Below are positions 18,571-27,850 of a stretch of 64,000 bases of DNA, in pieces. A program made the position numbers and the translations under genes. The notes under the pieces are model-generated. The model was not told the DNA's origin. It did not search any database and saw only the letters and a program-made list of their open reading frames with translations. The stretch's first letter is position 1. Each line of letters opens with the position of its first letter. The stretch is from Vicinamibacteria bacterium (GTDB lineage: Bacteria; Acidobacteriota; Vicinamibacteria; Marinacidobacterales; Marinacidobacteraceae): positions 3,808,001 to 3,872,000 of the forward strand of contig CAXXLQ010000004.1 in NCBI GenBank assembly GCA_963668695.2, read 5' to 3'.

Positions 18571-19611
18571 TCAGATCGCCCCGACTTCGCGGAGGAGATC
18601 GAGCGTTCCCCGCAGGTCGTCCAGATCCCCGAGTTCGAGGTCCGGCGGATTGATTTCGGAGAGGGGCGTCACCGCGGGATCGGTAGGGATCCCCTCAACC
18701 AGCGGATACTCGAACGTTTCCCGGGCGAAACGCTCCTGCACCGATTCCGTGAGCAGATAGGCCAGGAACCGCTCGGCGGCTTCGGGGTTGGCCGCCGTGT
18801 TCACCACCCCGCCGCCGGAGATGTTGATGAGGCCTCCGGCTCCTCCTCCCGCCGGGCTCACGGTCCGCGCGGCGAACTCCGGTCCCTGCTGGACCAGGAA
18901 GCGGAAGAGGTAGTAGTGGTTCGACAGCGCCAGCTCCACTTCCCCGTCCGCAACCGCCTGGTAAATCGCCGAGTTGTTCGGGTAGGCCACCGGGTCGTTG
19001 GCCAGTACTCCTTCGAGCCATTCCCTGGCAGCGTCCTCTCCCTCGAGCCGCCGGACGGCCGTCACGAACGCCTGGAAGGATCCGTTCGTCGGCGCCCAGC
19101 CGATGCGGCCTTTCCAGCGAGAATCGGTCAGACCGTGGATCGTGTCCGGCAGATCCTCGGGGGTCAGGAGTTCGGTGTTGTAGACGAACACCCGGGCGCG
19201 GCCGGTGGTGCCCACCCAGCGCCCGTTCGGATCCCGGAAACGGGATGAAACCCGATCAAGGATCGACTCGGGAAGCGGACTCAGACGGCCTTCGCTCGCC
19301 AATTGGCCAAGGGCTCCCGCGTCTTGACCGTAATAGACGTCCGCCGGACTCTGGTCGCCCTCTTCGAGAATCTGGGCCGCGAGGTCCGCGGTCCCGCCGT
19401 ACCGGATCTCCACCTGGATCCCCGTCTCCTCCTGAAACGCCTGAACCACCGGCCCGACGAGCGACTCTCCTCGGCCACAATAGATGGTCAGGGTCTCGGG
19501 CTCGGGAGTGCCAGTGCAGCCGGCAACGGCGGTGAGGACAATTGCGGCGGCTCCAAGCTTCCCGAAATCGGTCGCCGAGAGCCGCTTTGTGATACTGAAA
19601 ATGGCTTTCAT
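18571..19611 (-). CDS. Fe3+ ABC transporter substrate-binding lipoprotein (FbpA/FutA-like)
   Basis: LTIYCGR, SPADVYY, WAPTNGSFQ, NHYY; lipobox VAGC; start uncertain. Confidence 0.9.
   Translation of the reverse strand: MKAIFSITKRLSATDFGKLGAAAIVLTAVAGCTGTPEPETLTIYCGRGESLVGPVVQAFQEETGIQVEIRYGGTADLAAQILEEGDQSPADVYYGQDAGALGQLASEGRLSPLPESILDRVSSRFRDPNGRWVGTTGRARVFVYNTELLTPEDLPDTIHGLTDSRWKGRIGWAPTNGSFQAFVTAVRRLEGEDAAREWLEGVLANDPVAYPNNSAIYQAVADGEVELALSNHYYLFRFLVQQGPEFAARTVSPAGGGAGGLINISGGGVVNTAANPEAAERFLAYLLTESVQERFARETFEYPLVEGIPTDPAVTPLSEINPPDLELGDLDDLRGTLDLLREVGAI
19596..19610. promoter_or_regulatory. Fur-box-like 7-1-7 palindrome
   Basis: tgaaaatggctttca matches TGATAATnATTATCA at 10/14 positions, at 5' end of iron uptake operon. 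Confidence 0.35.
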
Positions 19612-19675
19612 AGTTGATAACTCTACCAAAATTATTCCGCCGGCGCGTTTCTTGCTAACACCACCTTCGCACCCC

Positions 19676-20776
19676 ATGCCAACCCGGACACTTGCGTCAG
19701 CCGTCCTGGTGGCCGCTCTGTTCGCAGGCCTCGCCGAGGGTGCCCAGATCGAGCTGGAACGGCGGATCTCGGCGGTCTACCGGACGGCCAGCCCCGCGGT
19801 CGTGAACATCACCGCTGAAATCCAGAGCTACGACTGGTTCCGGGGCCAGGTCACCCAGCAGGGCACCGGCTCCGGGTTCGTCTACGACGGCCAAGGGCAC
19901 ATCGTCACGAACTACCACGTCGTGGAGGCGGCCGATCAGCTTCAGGTCACCTTCTCCGACGGCGAAGTGCGCGATGCCCGGCTCGTGGGAGCCGATCCCT
20001 CGAACGATCTTGCGGTCCTCGAAGTGGCGGCCGGCGCCAACGATCCGGAACCCTTGGCGCTCGGAGACTCCGACGCCCTCGAAGTAGGGCGGTTCGTGGT
20101 GGCCATCGGACATCCCTTCGGCCTCGACCAGACCTTGACCACCGGAGTCGTGAGCGGCCTCGGCCGCATCATCGAGAGTCCCGATCGGGGATTCATCGGC
20201 GAGATCATCCAGACCGACGCGGCCATCAATCAGGGGAACTCCGGAGGGCCCCTGCTAGACCTCGATGGACGGGTGGTCGGTGTAAACAGCGCCATCGTGA
20301 GCCCCACCGGGACCTCCGCGGGAATCGGGTACGCCATTCCCGCCGCCACGCTGGCGCGCGTCGTGCCGGAACTGATCCGGAACGGCCGATACCCGCACCC
20401 CCACCTGGCGATTTCGGTCCAGGAGATCAACGAGCAGTTCGCGGCCTACTTTCGCCGGGTCGGAATCGCGGCCCCCCCGGAGGGAGGTCTCATGATCCGG
20501 GCGGTCGCGCGGGGCGGGCCCGCGGACCGCGCCGGGCTGCGCGGAGCGGGCCAGGTTGGACGAATCGGCAACCTGCGGATCCGCTACGGCGGGGACTACC
20601 TACTGGCGGTAGACGGACATGCCGTAGGTACGGAGCGCGACCTCCTGCTTCTCCTCGAAACGAACTACCGGGTAGGTGACGAAGTCGGCCTGCGGCTCTG
20701 GCGCGACGAGCGCGAACTGGAGGTACGGGTCCAGCTCATCGACCGCGACACCGTCGTGCGCAGGCGGCGCCGGTAG
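19676..20776 (+). CDS. HtrA/DegP-like trypsin serine protease with PDZ domain
   Basis: GTGSGF, TNYHVV, DLAVL, QTDAAINQGNSGGPL. Confidence 0.92.
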   Translation: MPTRTLASAVLVAALFAGLAEGAQIELERRISAVYRTASPAVVNITAEIQSYDWFRGQVTQQGTGSGFVYDGQGHIVTNYHVVEAADQLQVTFSDGEVRDARLVGADPSNDLAVLEVAAGANDPEPLALGDSDALEVGRFVVAIGHPFGLDQTLTTGVVSGLGRIIESPDRGFIGEIIQTDAAINQGNSGGPLLDLDGRVVGVNSAIVSPTGTSAGIGYAIPAATLARVVPELIRNGRYPHPHLAISVQEINEQFAAYFRRVGIAAPPEGGLMIRAVARGGPADRAGLRGAGQVGRIGNLRIRYGGDYLLAVDGHAVGTERDLLLLLETNYRVGDEVGLRLWRDERELEVRVQLIDRDTVVRRRRR

Positions 20777-20781
20777 AACGC

Positions 20782-21091
20782 TAGCAGCCTGTGGTGGAAC
20801 CCGGGTGAGCGCCGAGCCCGGGGAGGCCCAGTTCTCCCGGTGGGGCCAGTTCTCCCGGTGGGGGCCCGGCTGACAAGGCGCGTGAGGGAGGAGCCCCCAC
20901 CGGGAGAACTGGCCCGGGTGTATGCCGACCGAAACGCAACGATGAGCGGCGCGCAGCGACGCGGTTCAGCCGGGATGGATCGCCGGCCGAACGCCGCGTG
21001 GGTTTCACTACCGGCTGTTTGGCCGGGATGGATCGCCGGGCGAGCCCCCACCGGGAGAACTGGGCCGCCTGGGTTTCACCACCGGCTGCTA
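20782..21091. mobile_element. MITE-like element, TIR subtype 1 (copy C)
   Basis: TAgcagcctgtggtggaaccc...gggtttcaccaccggctgcTA; right TA is part of the convergent gene's stop codon. Confidence 0.8.
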
Positions 21092-22825
21092 ACTCCGGGC
21101 GGATAGCAGCCGGGTCAGCGCGAAGGCGGACGCCAGGGCGAGGAGAGCCCAGGACAGGGTGATGGCGAGACCGCGTCCGAAGAGCAGCGCCCCGCTCCCG
21201 AAGAGCACGGAATAGACCATCACGCAGGCCACCGGCCACGCGAGAAAAGCGCGGGTGACGGGCTCGGGGCGCAACCGCGTACGAACGTAGGCGGCGTCCC
21301 AACCGGGACGCGGTGGCCGGGTTCGCTCGACGAAAGCGTCGAGCGTCTCCTTCGACTCGGCCGGGGTCACCAGAGTTGCGCCTACCCAAATCACCGTAGT
21401 GGCGGCCAGGCCGATCACCAGTCCCCGAATCGAGCCCGGCTGGATCCCAAGAAGCGGAAGGGACACCGCCACCCCCAGCGATCCCGCCATGCCGGCGATC
21501 TCGCTCCAGGCGCTGATGCGCCACCACAGCCAGCGCGCGATGAAGAGCGGCCCGGTACCGGCCCCGATCTGGAGCAGCAACCCGAAGCCTCCCCGCGCGG
21601 TGTCGATGAAGAGCGTGAGCAGTCCGGCCGCCGCCATCAGGAGGATGGTGGCGGCGCGCGCTACCGCAACGGATTCGCGAGCTCCGGCGGCGGGCCGGAA
21701 GAACCGCCGGTAGACGTCCTCCACCACATAGGAGGCGCCCCAGTTGAGGTGGGTGTCCACGGTGGACATGTAGGCCCCCGCGAGCGAAGCGGCGGCCAGA
21801 CCCAGGAGTCCGGGCGGCAGGAGCCGGAGCATGAGGGGATAAGCGAGGTCGTCGCCGACAAGCGCCGGGTCGAGGCCGGGCAGCGCATCCCGGAGAGCGG
21901 CCAGATCCGGATAGACGGCCAGTGAGGCAAGGGCCACCAGGATCCAGGGCCAGGGTCTCAGGGTGTAGTGGGCGATGTTGAACCAGAGCGTCCCCCGGAG
22001 CGCGTCCTTCTCGCTCCGGGCGGCCAGCATCCGCTGGGCGATGTAACCGCCCCCCCCGGGCTCCGCTCCCGGGTACCAGACGCTCCACCACTGGAGCGCC
22101 ACCGGCACCACGAACAGGACCGCGAATGCTTCGGTCCCGGTCGGTGGAACGATGGCGAGGCGGTCCCCGAACTGCTCCACCAGCCCCGAAAGACCACCCA
22201 CCGCCGGGTGTCCGAGCGCCCAGACCGCCGCCACCACGGCCCCCACCATGGACAGGACGAACTGCAGGAGGTCGGTGACCACCACTCCCCAAAATCCCGC
22301 GACCACCGCGTAGGCGGCCGCCAGCACGCCGGCGATCAGGACGGCGGTCGACTTGTCCAGTCCGAAAAGTACGCCGCCGATCTTGGCGCCCGCGAGGGTG
22401 ACGGTGGCAATGACCACGCAGTTGAAGAAGACCCCGAGATACACCGCGCGGAATCCGCGCAGGAAGGCGGCCGGTTTTCCCGAGTAGCGGATCTCATAGA
22501 ACCCCAGGTCCGTCGTGAGCCGACTCCGCCGCCACAGCGGCGCGAAGACAAACACCGTGAGCATGCCGGTGATGCAGAAGGCCCACCACGCCCAGTTGGC
22601 GGCCACGCCGTTCTGCCGGACAAGTTCGGCGACCAGGTTCGGGGTATCGGTCGAGAAGGTGGTCGCCACCATCGAGGTCCCGAGCAACCACCAGGGAAGT
22701 CGCCGCCCGGCGAGAAAGAAGGAATCGCTGTCCTTCGCCGCGAAGCGGACCGCCCACAGACCAATGGCGAGCACCGCAGCCAGATAGAGCCCGAAGACGA
22801 TCCAGTCCAGCCCGCCGAAAGCCAT
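21089..22825 (-). CDS. Sodium:solute symporter family protein
   Basis: FFLAGRRLPWW, SMVATTFSTDTP, YIAQRML, AYMSTVDT. Confidence 0.9.
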   Translation of the reverse strand: MAFGGLDWIVFGLYLAAVLAIGLWAVRFAAKDSDSFFLAGRRLPWWLLGTSMVATTFSTDTPNLVAELVRQNGVAANWAWWAFCITGMLTVFVFAPLWRRSRLTTDLGFYEIRYSGKPAAFLRGFRAVYLGVFFNCVVIATVTLAGAKIGGVLFGLDKSTAVLIAGVLAAAYAVVAGFWGVVVTDLLQFVLSMVGAVVAAVWALGHPAVGGLSGLVEQFGDRLAIVPPTGTEAFAVLFVVPVALQWWSVWYPGAEPGGGGYIAQRMLAARSEKDALRGTLWFNIAHYTLRPWPWILVALASLAVYPDLAALRDALPGLDPALVGDDLAYPLMLRLLPPGLLGLAAASLAGAYMSTVDTHLNWGASYVVEDVYRRFFRPAAGARESVAVARAATILLMAAAGLLTLFIDTARGGFGLLLQIGAGTGPLFIARWLWWRISAWSEIAGMAGSLGVAVSLPLLGIQPGSIRGLVIGLAATTVIWVGATLVTPAESKETLDAFVERTRPPRPGWDAAYVRTRLRPEPVTRAFLAWPVACVMVYSVLFGSGALLFGRGLAITLSWALLALASAFALTRLLSARS

Positions 22826-22900
22826 TAGCCTGCCAAACCGTAACCGAACCCCACGGCCGCCCCCGACCGACCTTGACCGCGCCCTAAACTCCCGTTCCTG

Positions 22901-23779
22901 ATGCGGGTGGCGACACTCCTCTGGATCTCGCTGGCGTTAGCAGCCGGTGGACAAAGTCAGGCCTCCGCCCAGGAAATTCAGATCGGGGGAAGGCGGGCTG
23001 CGGAAGCGCTGCTCGCGCGGGTGCTGGAACACCGCGAGGCCGTGCGGCGGCTGGAAGGCCGGCTGACCTTCCGGCAACTGATCACGACCGAAGCCCTCGA
23101 CGAACAGCGGAACGTCGTCTCCACCGCCAACGCACTCTACGAATACGAGCCGGTGTTCGGCCGTCACCTCTGGAAGCTGCTCGAACTCGACGGCGAGGCG
23201 ATCGGCGGGCGGCGGTTCCGCCGGGAAGAGCGGCGTTACCGGCGGGCCGTCGAAGCGGCAAAGGAGGAGGCCGAAGAGGACCGCCTGGCCCTGGAACGCC
23301 AGGATCCGGACTACGAAGTCCTCCCCAAGAACGGAATGGACCTCTTCTACGAGATCGCGAAGGACGCGCTCGAGCTCGAGATGTTCGAGGGAGAACTGTT
23401 CCGGGGCGCTACCTTGCGCGGCCGGCCCATGCAGATTGTGCGCTTCCGGCCTCGGCCGGGGTTCGAAGACGCTCCCAACCGGATGATGTCGGTCGTGTCC
23501 AAATGCGCGGGCGAGCTATGGGTGGATCCGGAGAGTCTGCAGATCGCCCGGGTTCGGAGCGTCCTCCAGCAGGACGAGAACTTCGTTGCCGGCCTCTTCG
23601 GGCGTCTCCACCGCGGGACGAGCGCCGAGGTGGAAAGCCAGTTCGACGGAAGGATCTGGCTCCCGCAGCGAGTGACCATGACGGTGGACGCCCGGATGTA
23701 CTTCATCCGCAGGATTCGCCGGCGGGTCCACTACGACTTCCTGGGTTTTCGTTCGTTCCCGCCGCCCACAGACCGGTAG
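22901..23779 (+). CDS. Hypothetical exported protein
   Basis: Signal peptide; GELWVDPESLQIARV beta-rich C-terminus. Confidence 0.7.
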   Translation: MRVATLLWISLALAAGGQSQASAQEIQIGGRRAAEALLARVLEHREAVRRLEGRLTFRQLITTEALDEQRNVVSTANALYEYEPVFGRHLWKLLELDGEAIGGRRFRREERRYRRAVEAAKEEAEEDRLALERQDPDYEVLPKNGMDLFYEIAKDALELEMFEGELFRGATLRGRPMQIVRFRPRPGFEDAPNRMMSVVSKCAGELWVDPESLQIARVRSVLQQDENFVAGLFGRLHRGTSAEVESQFDGRIWLPQRVTMTVDARMYFIRRIRRRVHYDFLGFRSFPPPTDR

Positions 23780-23798
23780 CATTATCTGTTCGTCGGCC

Positions 23799-24548
23799 AT
23801 GCTCACCCTCACCCCACTCGAAGGGATCCCGGAAGTCGAACCCGGATGCGATCTGGCCCACCTGCTGCTCGACGGCATGCTCCGAGCGCACCTGGACCCC
23901 GCCGACGGCGACATCCTCGTGGTGTGCCACAAGGTCGTTTCCAAGGCGGAGGGCCGCCTGGTCCGCCTCGACCGCATGCGGCCTTCCAAGATCGCCCGCG
24001 CCTGGGCCCGCGCGAACGGACGGGACGAACGCGAGGTCCAGGCAGTAATGGGCGAGGCGCACAGCATCGTCCGGGTGCAGCGCGGGGTTTTGATTACCCA
24101 GACCCGTCACGGCTTCGTGTGCGCCAACTCGGGCGTGGACCGCTCGAACGTGCCCGAAGGCCATGTGTGCCTGCTGCCGGAGGATCCCGACCGTTCGGCA
24201 GGCGAGCTTGCCGCGCGGCTGTCCTCAGCGACCGATGCGGCCCTGGGAGTCGTCATCACCGATACGTGGGGCCGTCCCTTCCGGTTGGGAGCGATCAACG
24301 TGGCCATCGGGATCGCGGGCGCCTGCTCGCTCCTCGACTATCGGGGGCAGCAGGATCCTGCCGGCCGCACACTCCGGTCGGCGACGACCGCCGTGGGAGA
24401 CGAGTTGGCGGCAGCCGCGGGCATCGTGATGGGCAAGTTGAGGCGAATTCCGGCGGTCCTGGTAAAGGGGTTCCCGTCGGATCCGGCTGGACAGCGCGGC
24501 ACCGGGGCTTCGCTGATTCGCGACCGCGGGGAAGACCTCTTCCAGTGA
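23799..24548 (+). CDS. cofE: Coenzyme F420-0:L-glutamate ligase
   Basis: HKVVSKAEGR, CANSGVDRSN, LLPEDPD, ITDTWGRPFRLG, DELAAAA. Confidence 0.92.
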   Translation: MLTLTPLEGIPEVEPGCDLAHLLLDGMLRAHLDPADGDILVVCHKVVSKAEGRLVRLDRMRPSKIARAWARANGRDEREVQAVMGEAHSIVRVQRGVLITQTRHGFVCANSGVDRSNVPEGHVCLLPEDPDRSAGELAARLSSATDAALGVVITDTWGRPFRLGAINVAIGIAGACSLLDYRGQQDPAGRTLRSATTAVGDELAAAAGIVMGKLRRIPAVLVKGFPSDPAGQRGTGASLIRDRGEDLFQ

Positions 24549-25285
24549 GCGGCCCCCGCTTCGCGGTGCTGGGCGGGAGCGGACGGTTCGGACTCGGGCT
24601 CGCGTGGAGGCTTGCGGTCGGCGGAGCCGAGGTGGTGATCGGCTCCCGCGATGAGGGCCGAGCCATGGACGCCGCGACTCGAGTCCGCCGCGGGCTGGAT
24701 CCCGCGGGCGGCGCTCCTTTCCCGGAACAGGAACTCACTGTGTCCGGGACGACCAATCTGGCGGCGGCGGGCGCTGCAGAAACAGTGTTTCTCAGCGTGC
24801 CTTTTTCCGCGCAGGAGGTCCTGCTGCACGAGGTCGGCCCCGCGCTCGAATCGAAAATGGTCATCTGCTGCGCCGTGATGTGGCCACCGGGTTCACGGCC
24901 GGAGACCTCAGCAGCCGAAGAAGCCGAGCGGACCCTCCGCCGGACGGGCGCCCGGAAGGTCCGCATCGCCGCCGCCTTCCAGACGATCGCCGCCGGCGTC
25001 CTGCGGCGCCTGCCGGAGCCGGCCTCCCGGGACGCATCACCGGATGTCCTCGTATTCGCCGACGAACCGGCGAACTGTGAGGCCGCCGCCCGGGCGGCGG
25101 CGTTCTCCGGGTTGCGGGCGGTACCCACCGGACCGCTGCGAGGATCCCGCGTCGCCGAGGCCGCCCTCTCGTTACTGATGGAGCTGAACCGGGGTCCCGC
25201 GCGCCACGCCGGGCTGATGGTCACCGGTCTGGCAGCCGGTGGGCAAAGTCACGTGAGCACCGAAAACGGTGAGGCGCCCGGCTGA
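24545..25285 (+). CDS. npdG: NADPH-dependent F420 reductase-like oxidoreductase; C-terminus runs into a MITE
   Basis: GTG overlapping cofE stop; AVLGGSGRFGLGLA...IGSRD Rossmann motif, TNLAAA, AAFQTI. Confidence 0.7.
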   Translation: MSGPRFAVLGGSGRFGLGLAWRLAVGGAEVVIGSRDEGRAMDAATRVRRGLDPAGGAPFPEQELTVSGTTNLAAAGAAETVFLSVPFSAQEVLLHEVGPALESKMVICCAVMWPPGSRPETSAAEEAERTLRRTGARKVRIAAAFQTIAAGVLRRLPEPASRDASPDVLVFADEPANCEAAARAAAFSGLRAVPTGPLRGSRVAEAALSLLMELNRGPARHAGLMVTGLAAGGQSHVSTENGEAPG

Positions 25286-25972
25286 CAAGGCGCGCGAGGG
25301 AGGAGCCCCCACCGGGAGAACTGGCCCGAGTGTATTTCGACCGAAGCGCAACGACGAACGAAGCGTAGCGAAGTGCTTCAGCCGGGATGCATCGCCGGTC
25401 GCTTCCGGAGCGGGGCGCAAGCACCGCGGAGACCCCGGAGCGAGAGGAATGGGGGACGGGGACACCCGGCCCCATCCCTCTTGACTCGGGCTTCCGGAGC
25501 GGGGCGCAAGCACCGCGGAGACCCCGGAGCGAGAGGGATGGGGGACGGGAGACACCCGACCCCGATCCCTCTTGACTCGGGCTTCCGGAGCGGGGCGCAA
25601 GCACCGCGGAGACCCCGGAGCGAGAGGAATGGGGGACGGGGACACCCGACCACCATCCCTCTTGACTCGGGCTTCCGGAGCGGGGCGCAAGCACCGCGGA
25701 GACCCCGGAGCGAGAGGAATGGGGGACGGGGACACCCGGCCACCATCCCTCTTGACTCGGGCTTCCGGAGCGGGGCGCAAGCACCGCGGAGACCCCGGAG
25801 CGAGAGGAATGGGGGACGGGGACACCCGGCCACCATCCCTCTTGACTCGGGCTTCCGGAGCGGGGCGCAAGCACCGCGGAGACCCCGGAGCGAGAGGAAT
25901 GGGGGACGGGGACACCCGGCCACCATCCCTCTTGACTCGGGAATGCCGCGTGACTTTGTCCACAGGCTGCTA
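25230..25972. mobile_element. MITE-like element, TIR subtype 2 (copy D), with 6 x 90-bp array
   Basis: tggcagccggtgggcaaagtcacgtg ... cgcgtgactttgtccacaggctgcTA (~26-bp TIR). Confidence 0.8.
25401..25940. repeat. 90-bp tandem array, 6 units
   Basis: Units start at 25401, 25490, 25581, 25671, 25761, 25851; last three essentially identical. Confidence 0.95.
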
Positions 25973-25997
25973 GACGCCTGAGCGGTCTCGCGGAAAC

Positions 25998-27098
25998 ATG
26001 GAATCCGGATTCGGGGCGAAGCGGCTTCTCCTGGCGGCGCTCCCTTTCGTCGGAGCAGCCCTCATCCTCGCGCTCCTCTTCCGCCGGATCCCGCCGGACC
26101 GGATTCTGGATGCGCTGTCGGGAGCCGATCTGCTCCTCTTCTTCGCGGCGCTTCTTCCGGTATCCATCCTCTACGTCTTGCTCGACGGCGCCCTCCTGAC
26201 GGCGGTGCTCCGCTGGTTCCACCCTCCCGGGATCAGCTTCCGCGACTCGCTCGCGGTTCGCGCGGTCGACTACCTGGTTTCGCTCTGGAACGGGCGCGCC
26301 TCACAGGCCGCCATGGTGGGCACCCTGGGACGGCGCTTCGAGGCTGCCGAAAACAGCCCGAAATCGCACGCGAATTCCGGCTATTGGGAGTGCGCCGGGA
26401 CAATCCTCTTTCTCGACCTCTGCCAGCGCGCCCACCTCCTCTTCTGGGCCGCCGGGGGCGCCGTGGTACTCGGGAGCGAGGCGCCGGACCACGTCCCCGC
26501 CGCTGCCGCACTGGGGTTCGCCGGCCTCTGCCTGCTGGTCGCGTTCCTGCGGGGACGCCTCAAGAGCGCCGGCCTCGGACCTCCGCGCTGGAGGTTGCTG
26601 CGATCGCTGCGGAGGGCCACTCCGAAACACTATCTGTGGGTACTCGCGTTCAAGGCGCCCCTCATCGTCGCCGCCGCCGTGGGACACCACTTCGCCCTCG
26701 GGACCTTCGGCATCCAGATTCCGGTGGGCTCTCTCCTCGCCACCCTCCCGATCATCTTCCTCGCGGGCGCGCTGCCGATCGCGGTGGCGCGCATCGGAAC
26801 GAGCCAGGCCGCCTGGCTCTTTTTCCACGCCGGAGCGGCCGCCGCCTCACCGGGTGGAGAAGCCGCCCTGCTCGCCTACAGCCTGTCCGCCCACCTGACC
26901 TTTCTGCTTCTGAACGCTGCGCTCAGCGCGCCGTTTCTTCCGGCGGCGTGGCGCACCATCCGCGGCGCTTCCCGGGCGGGTTCTCCCGGTGGGGGTCTGC
27001 TCGGGAGAAAACCCGACGAGCCCGGAGGTGGATCCGCTACGGGATCCGCCGGTACACGCTCCGGAGAAGCACCGGATCCCCTCTCCGTGGCATCTTGA
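25998..27098 (+). CDS. Lysylphosphatidylglycerol-synthase TM / flippase-like membrane protein
   Basis: Hydrophobic; LPIIFLAGALPIAVARIGTSQAAW resembles UPF0104 motif. Confidence 0.6.
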   Translation: MESGFGAKRLLLAALPFVGAALILALLFRRIPPDRILDALSGADLLLFFAALLPVSILYVLLDGALLTAVLRWFHPPGISFRDSLAVRAVDYLVSLWNGRASQAAMVGTLGRRFEAAENSPKSHANSGYWECAGTILFLDLCQRAHLLFWAAGGAVVLGSEAPDHVPAAAALGFAGLCLLVAFLRGRLKSAGLGPPRWRLLRSLRRATPKHYLWVLAFKAPLIVAAAVGHHFALGTFGIQIPVGSLLATLPIIFLAGALPIAVARIGTSQAAWLFFHAGAAAASPGGEAALLAYSLSAHLTFLLLNAALSAPFLPAAWRTIRGASRAGSPGGGLLGRKPDEPGGGSATGSAGTRSGEAPDPLSVAS

Positions 27099-27711
27099 GT
27101 TCGGTGCGCACAACGAGCACGTCTTCCGTGGCCTGAAGGGTGCGGAACACTTCGAGCTTTCCCGTCGGCAGCTCCCGGACCTCCCGCACCCGCACGATGC
27201 CGCCGCGGAATTCGGCCGCACTGGTGAATTTCCCTCCACGCCCGTCTTCCCGGACGTGTTCCTCGCCGTCCAGGTAGAGGATCTGGACCCGCTCGTCGAG
27301 GACGAGCCGCAATTCGCCGCCACCCGATTCGATCTCCAGCAGATCCGGCAGGCTCAGCAGGCTGTTTCCACCACCGCCCGGGCCACCGCCGGCACCACGT
27401 CCGCCCATCCCTCCCCGGCCCATCCCACCCGGCGGCCCGGACCTCGCTCCCCGACCCCGGCGCCCGCCGCGGCCGCGACCCTCTTCTTCGCGGGCTGCGG
27501 CCCGCTGCATCACCTCGGCGGGGTCGTCGCTCTCTTCGGGGTCGAGTTCCCAAATACCCGCCAGGAGCGCCAGCTCCTGTCCGGATTCCGGGCCGGATCC
27601 GGAGGTCGCCGGCGAGGCGAGCGCGACGACGGCCACGCACACCAGCAGGGCCGCAAGAGCCGGAGCGGGCGCAAGGCGCGAAATCGTGTCCGGGGAGGCG
27701 GAGATCGTCAT
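27037..27711 (-). CDS. Hypothetical exported protein with Gly-rich linker
   Basis: Signal-like N-terminus, LAGIWELDPEESDD, GGRRG linker, C-terminal RSVYRR. Confidence 0.6.
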   Translation of the reverse strand: MTISASPDTISRLAPAPALAALLVCVAVVALASPATSGSGPESGQELALLAGIWELDPEESDDPAEVMQRAAAREEEGRGRGGRRGRGARSGPPGGMGRGGMGGRGAGGGPGGGGNSLLSLPDLLEIESGGGELRLVLDERVQILYLDGEEHVREDGRGGKFTSAAEFRGGIVRVREVRELPTGKLEVFRTLQATEDVLVVRTELKMPRRGDPVLLRSVYRRIP

Positions 27712-27850
27712 TGCGCCGAGTCTAGGCGCAAGGTCCGTACCACCGGTTTTTTGGCGGCCGGAGAAAGCGGACTTGCCGCGTCCCGGGGTCCGTTTGACCC
27801 GGGTTCGGAACCCTCCATACAATCACCTCTTCGGAGATGCTGACGCCCCT

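Noticed and set aside
25401-25940. 90-bp arrays (also 18176 and 62215) as CRISPR arrays
   Set aside because: No unique spacers: whole units repeat with only point variation, they lie inside TIR-bounded elements, and there are no cas genes in the window.
25172-26222. Repetitive ORFs over the arrays (e.g. 263 aa, 333 aa; also 17766-18760 and 61999-63128)
   Set aside because: Artefacts of a GC-rich 90-bp (multiple of 3) unit open in several frames; no protein-like composition.
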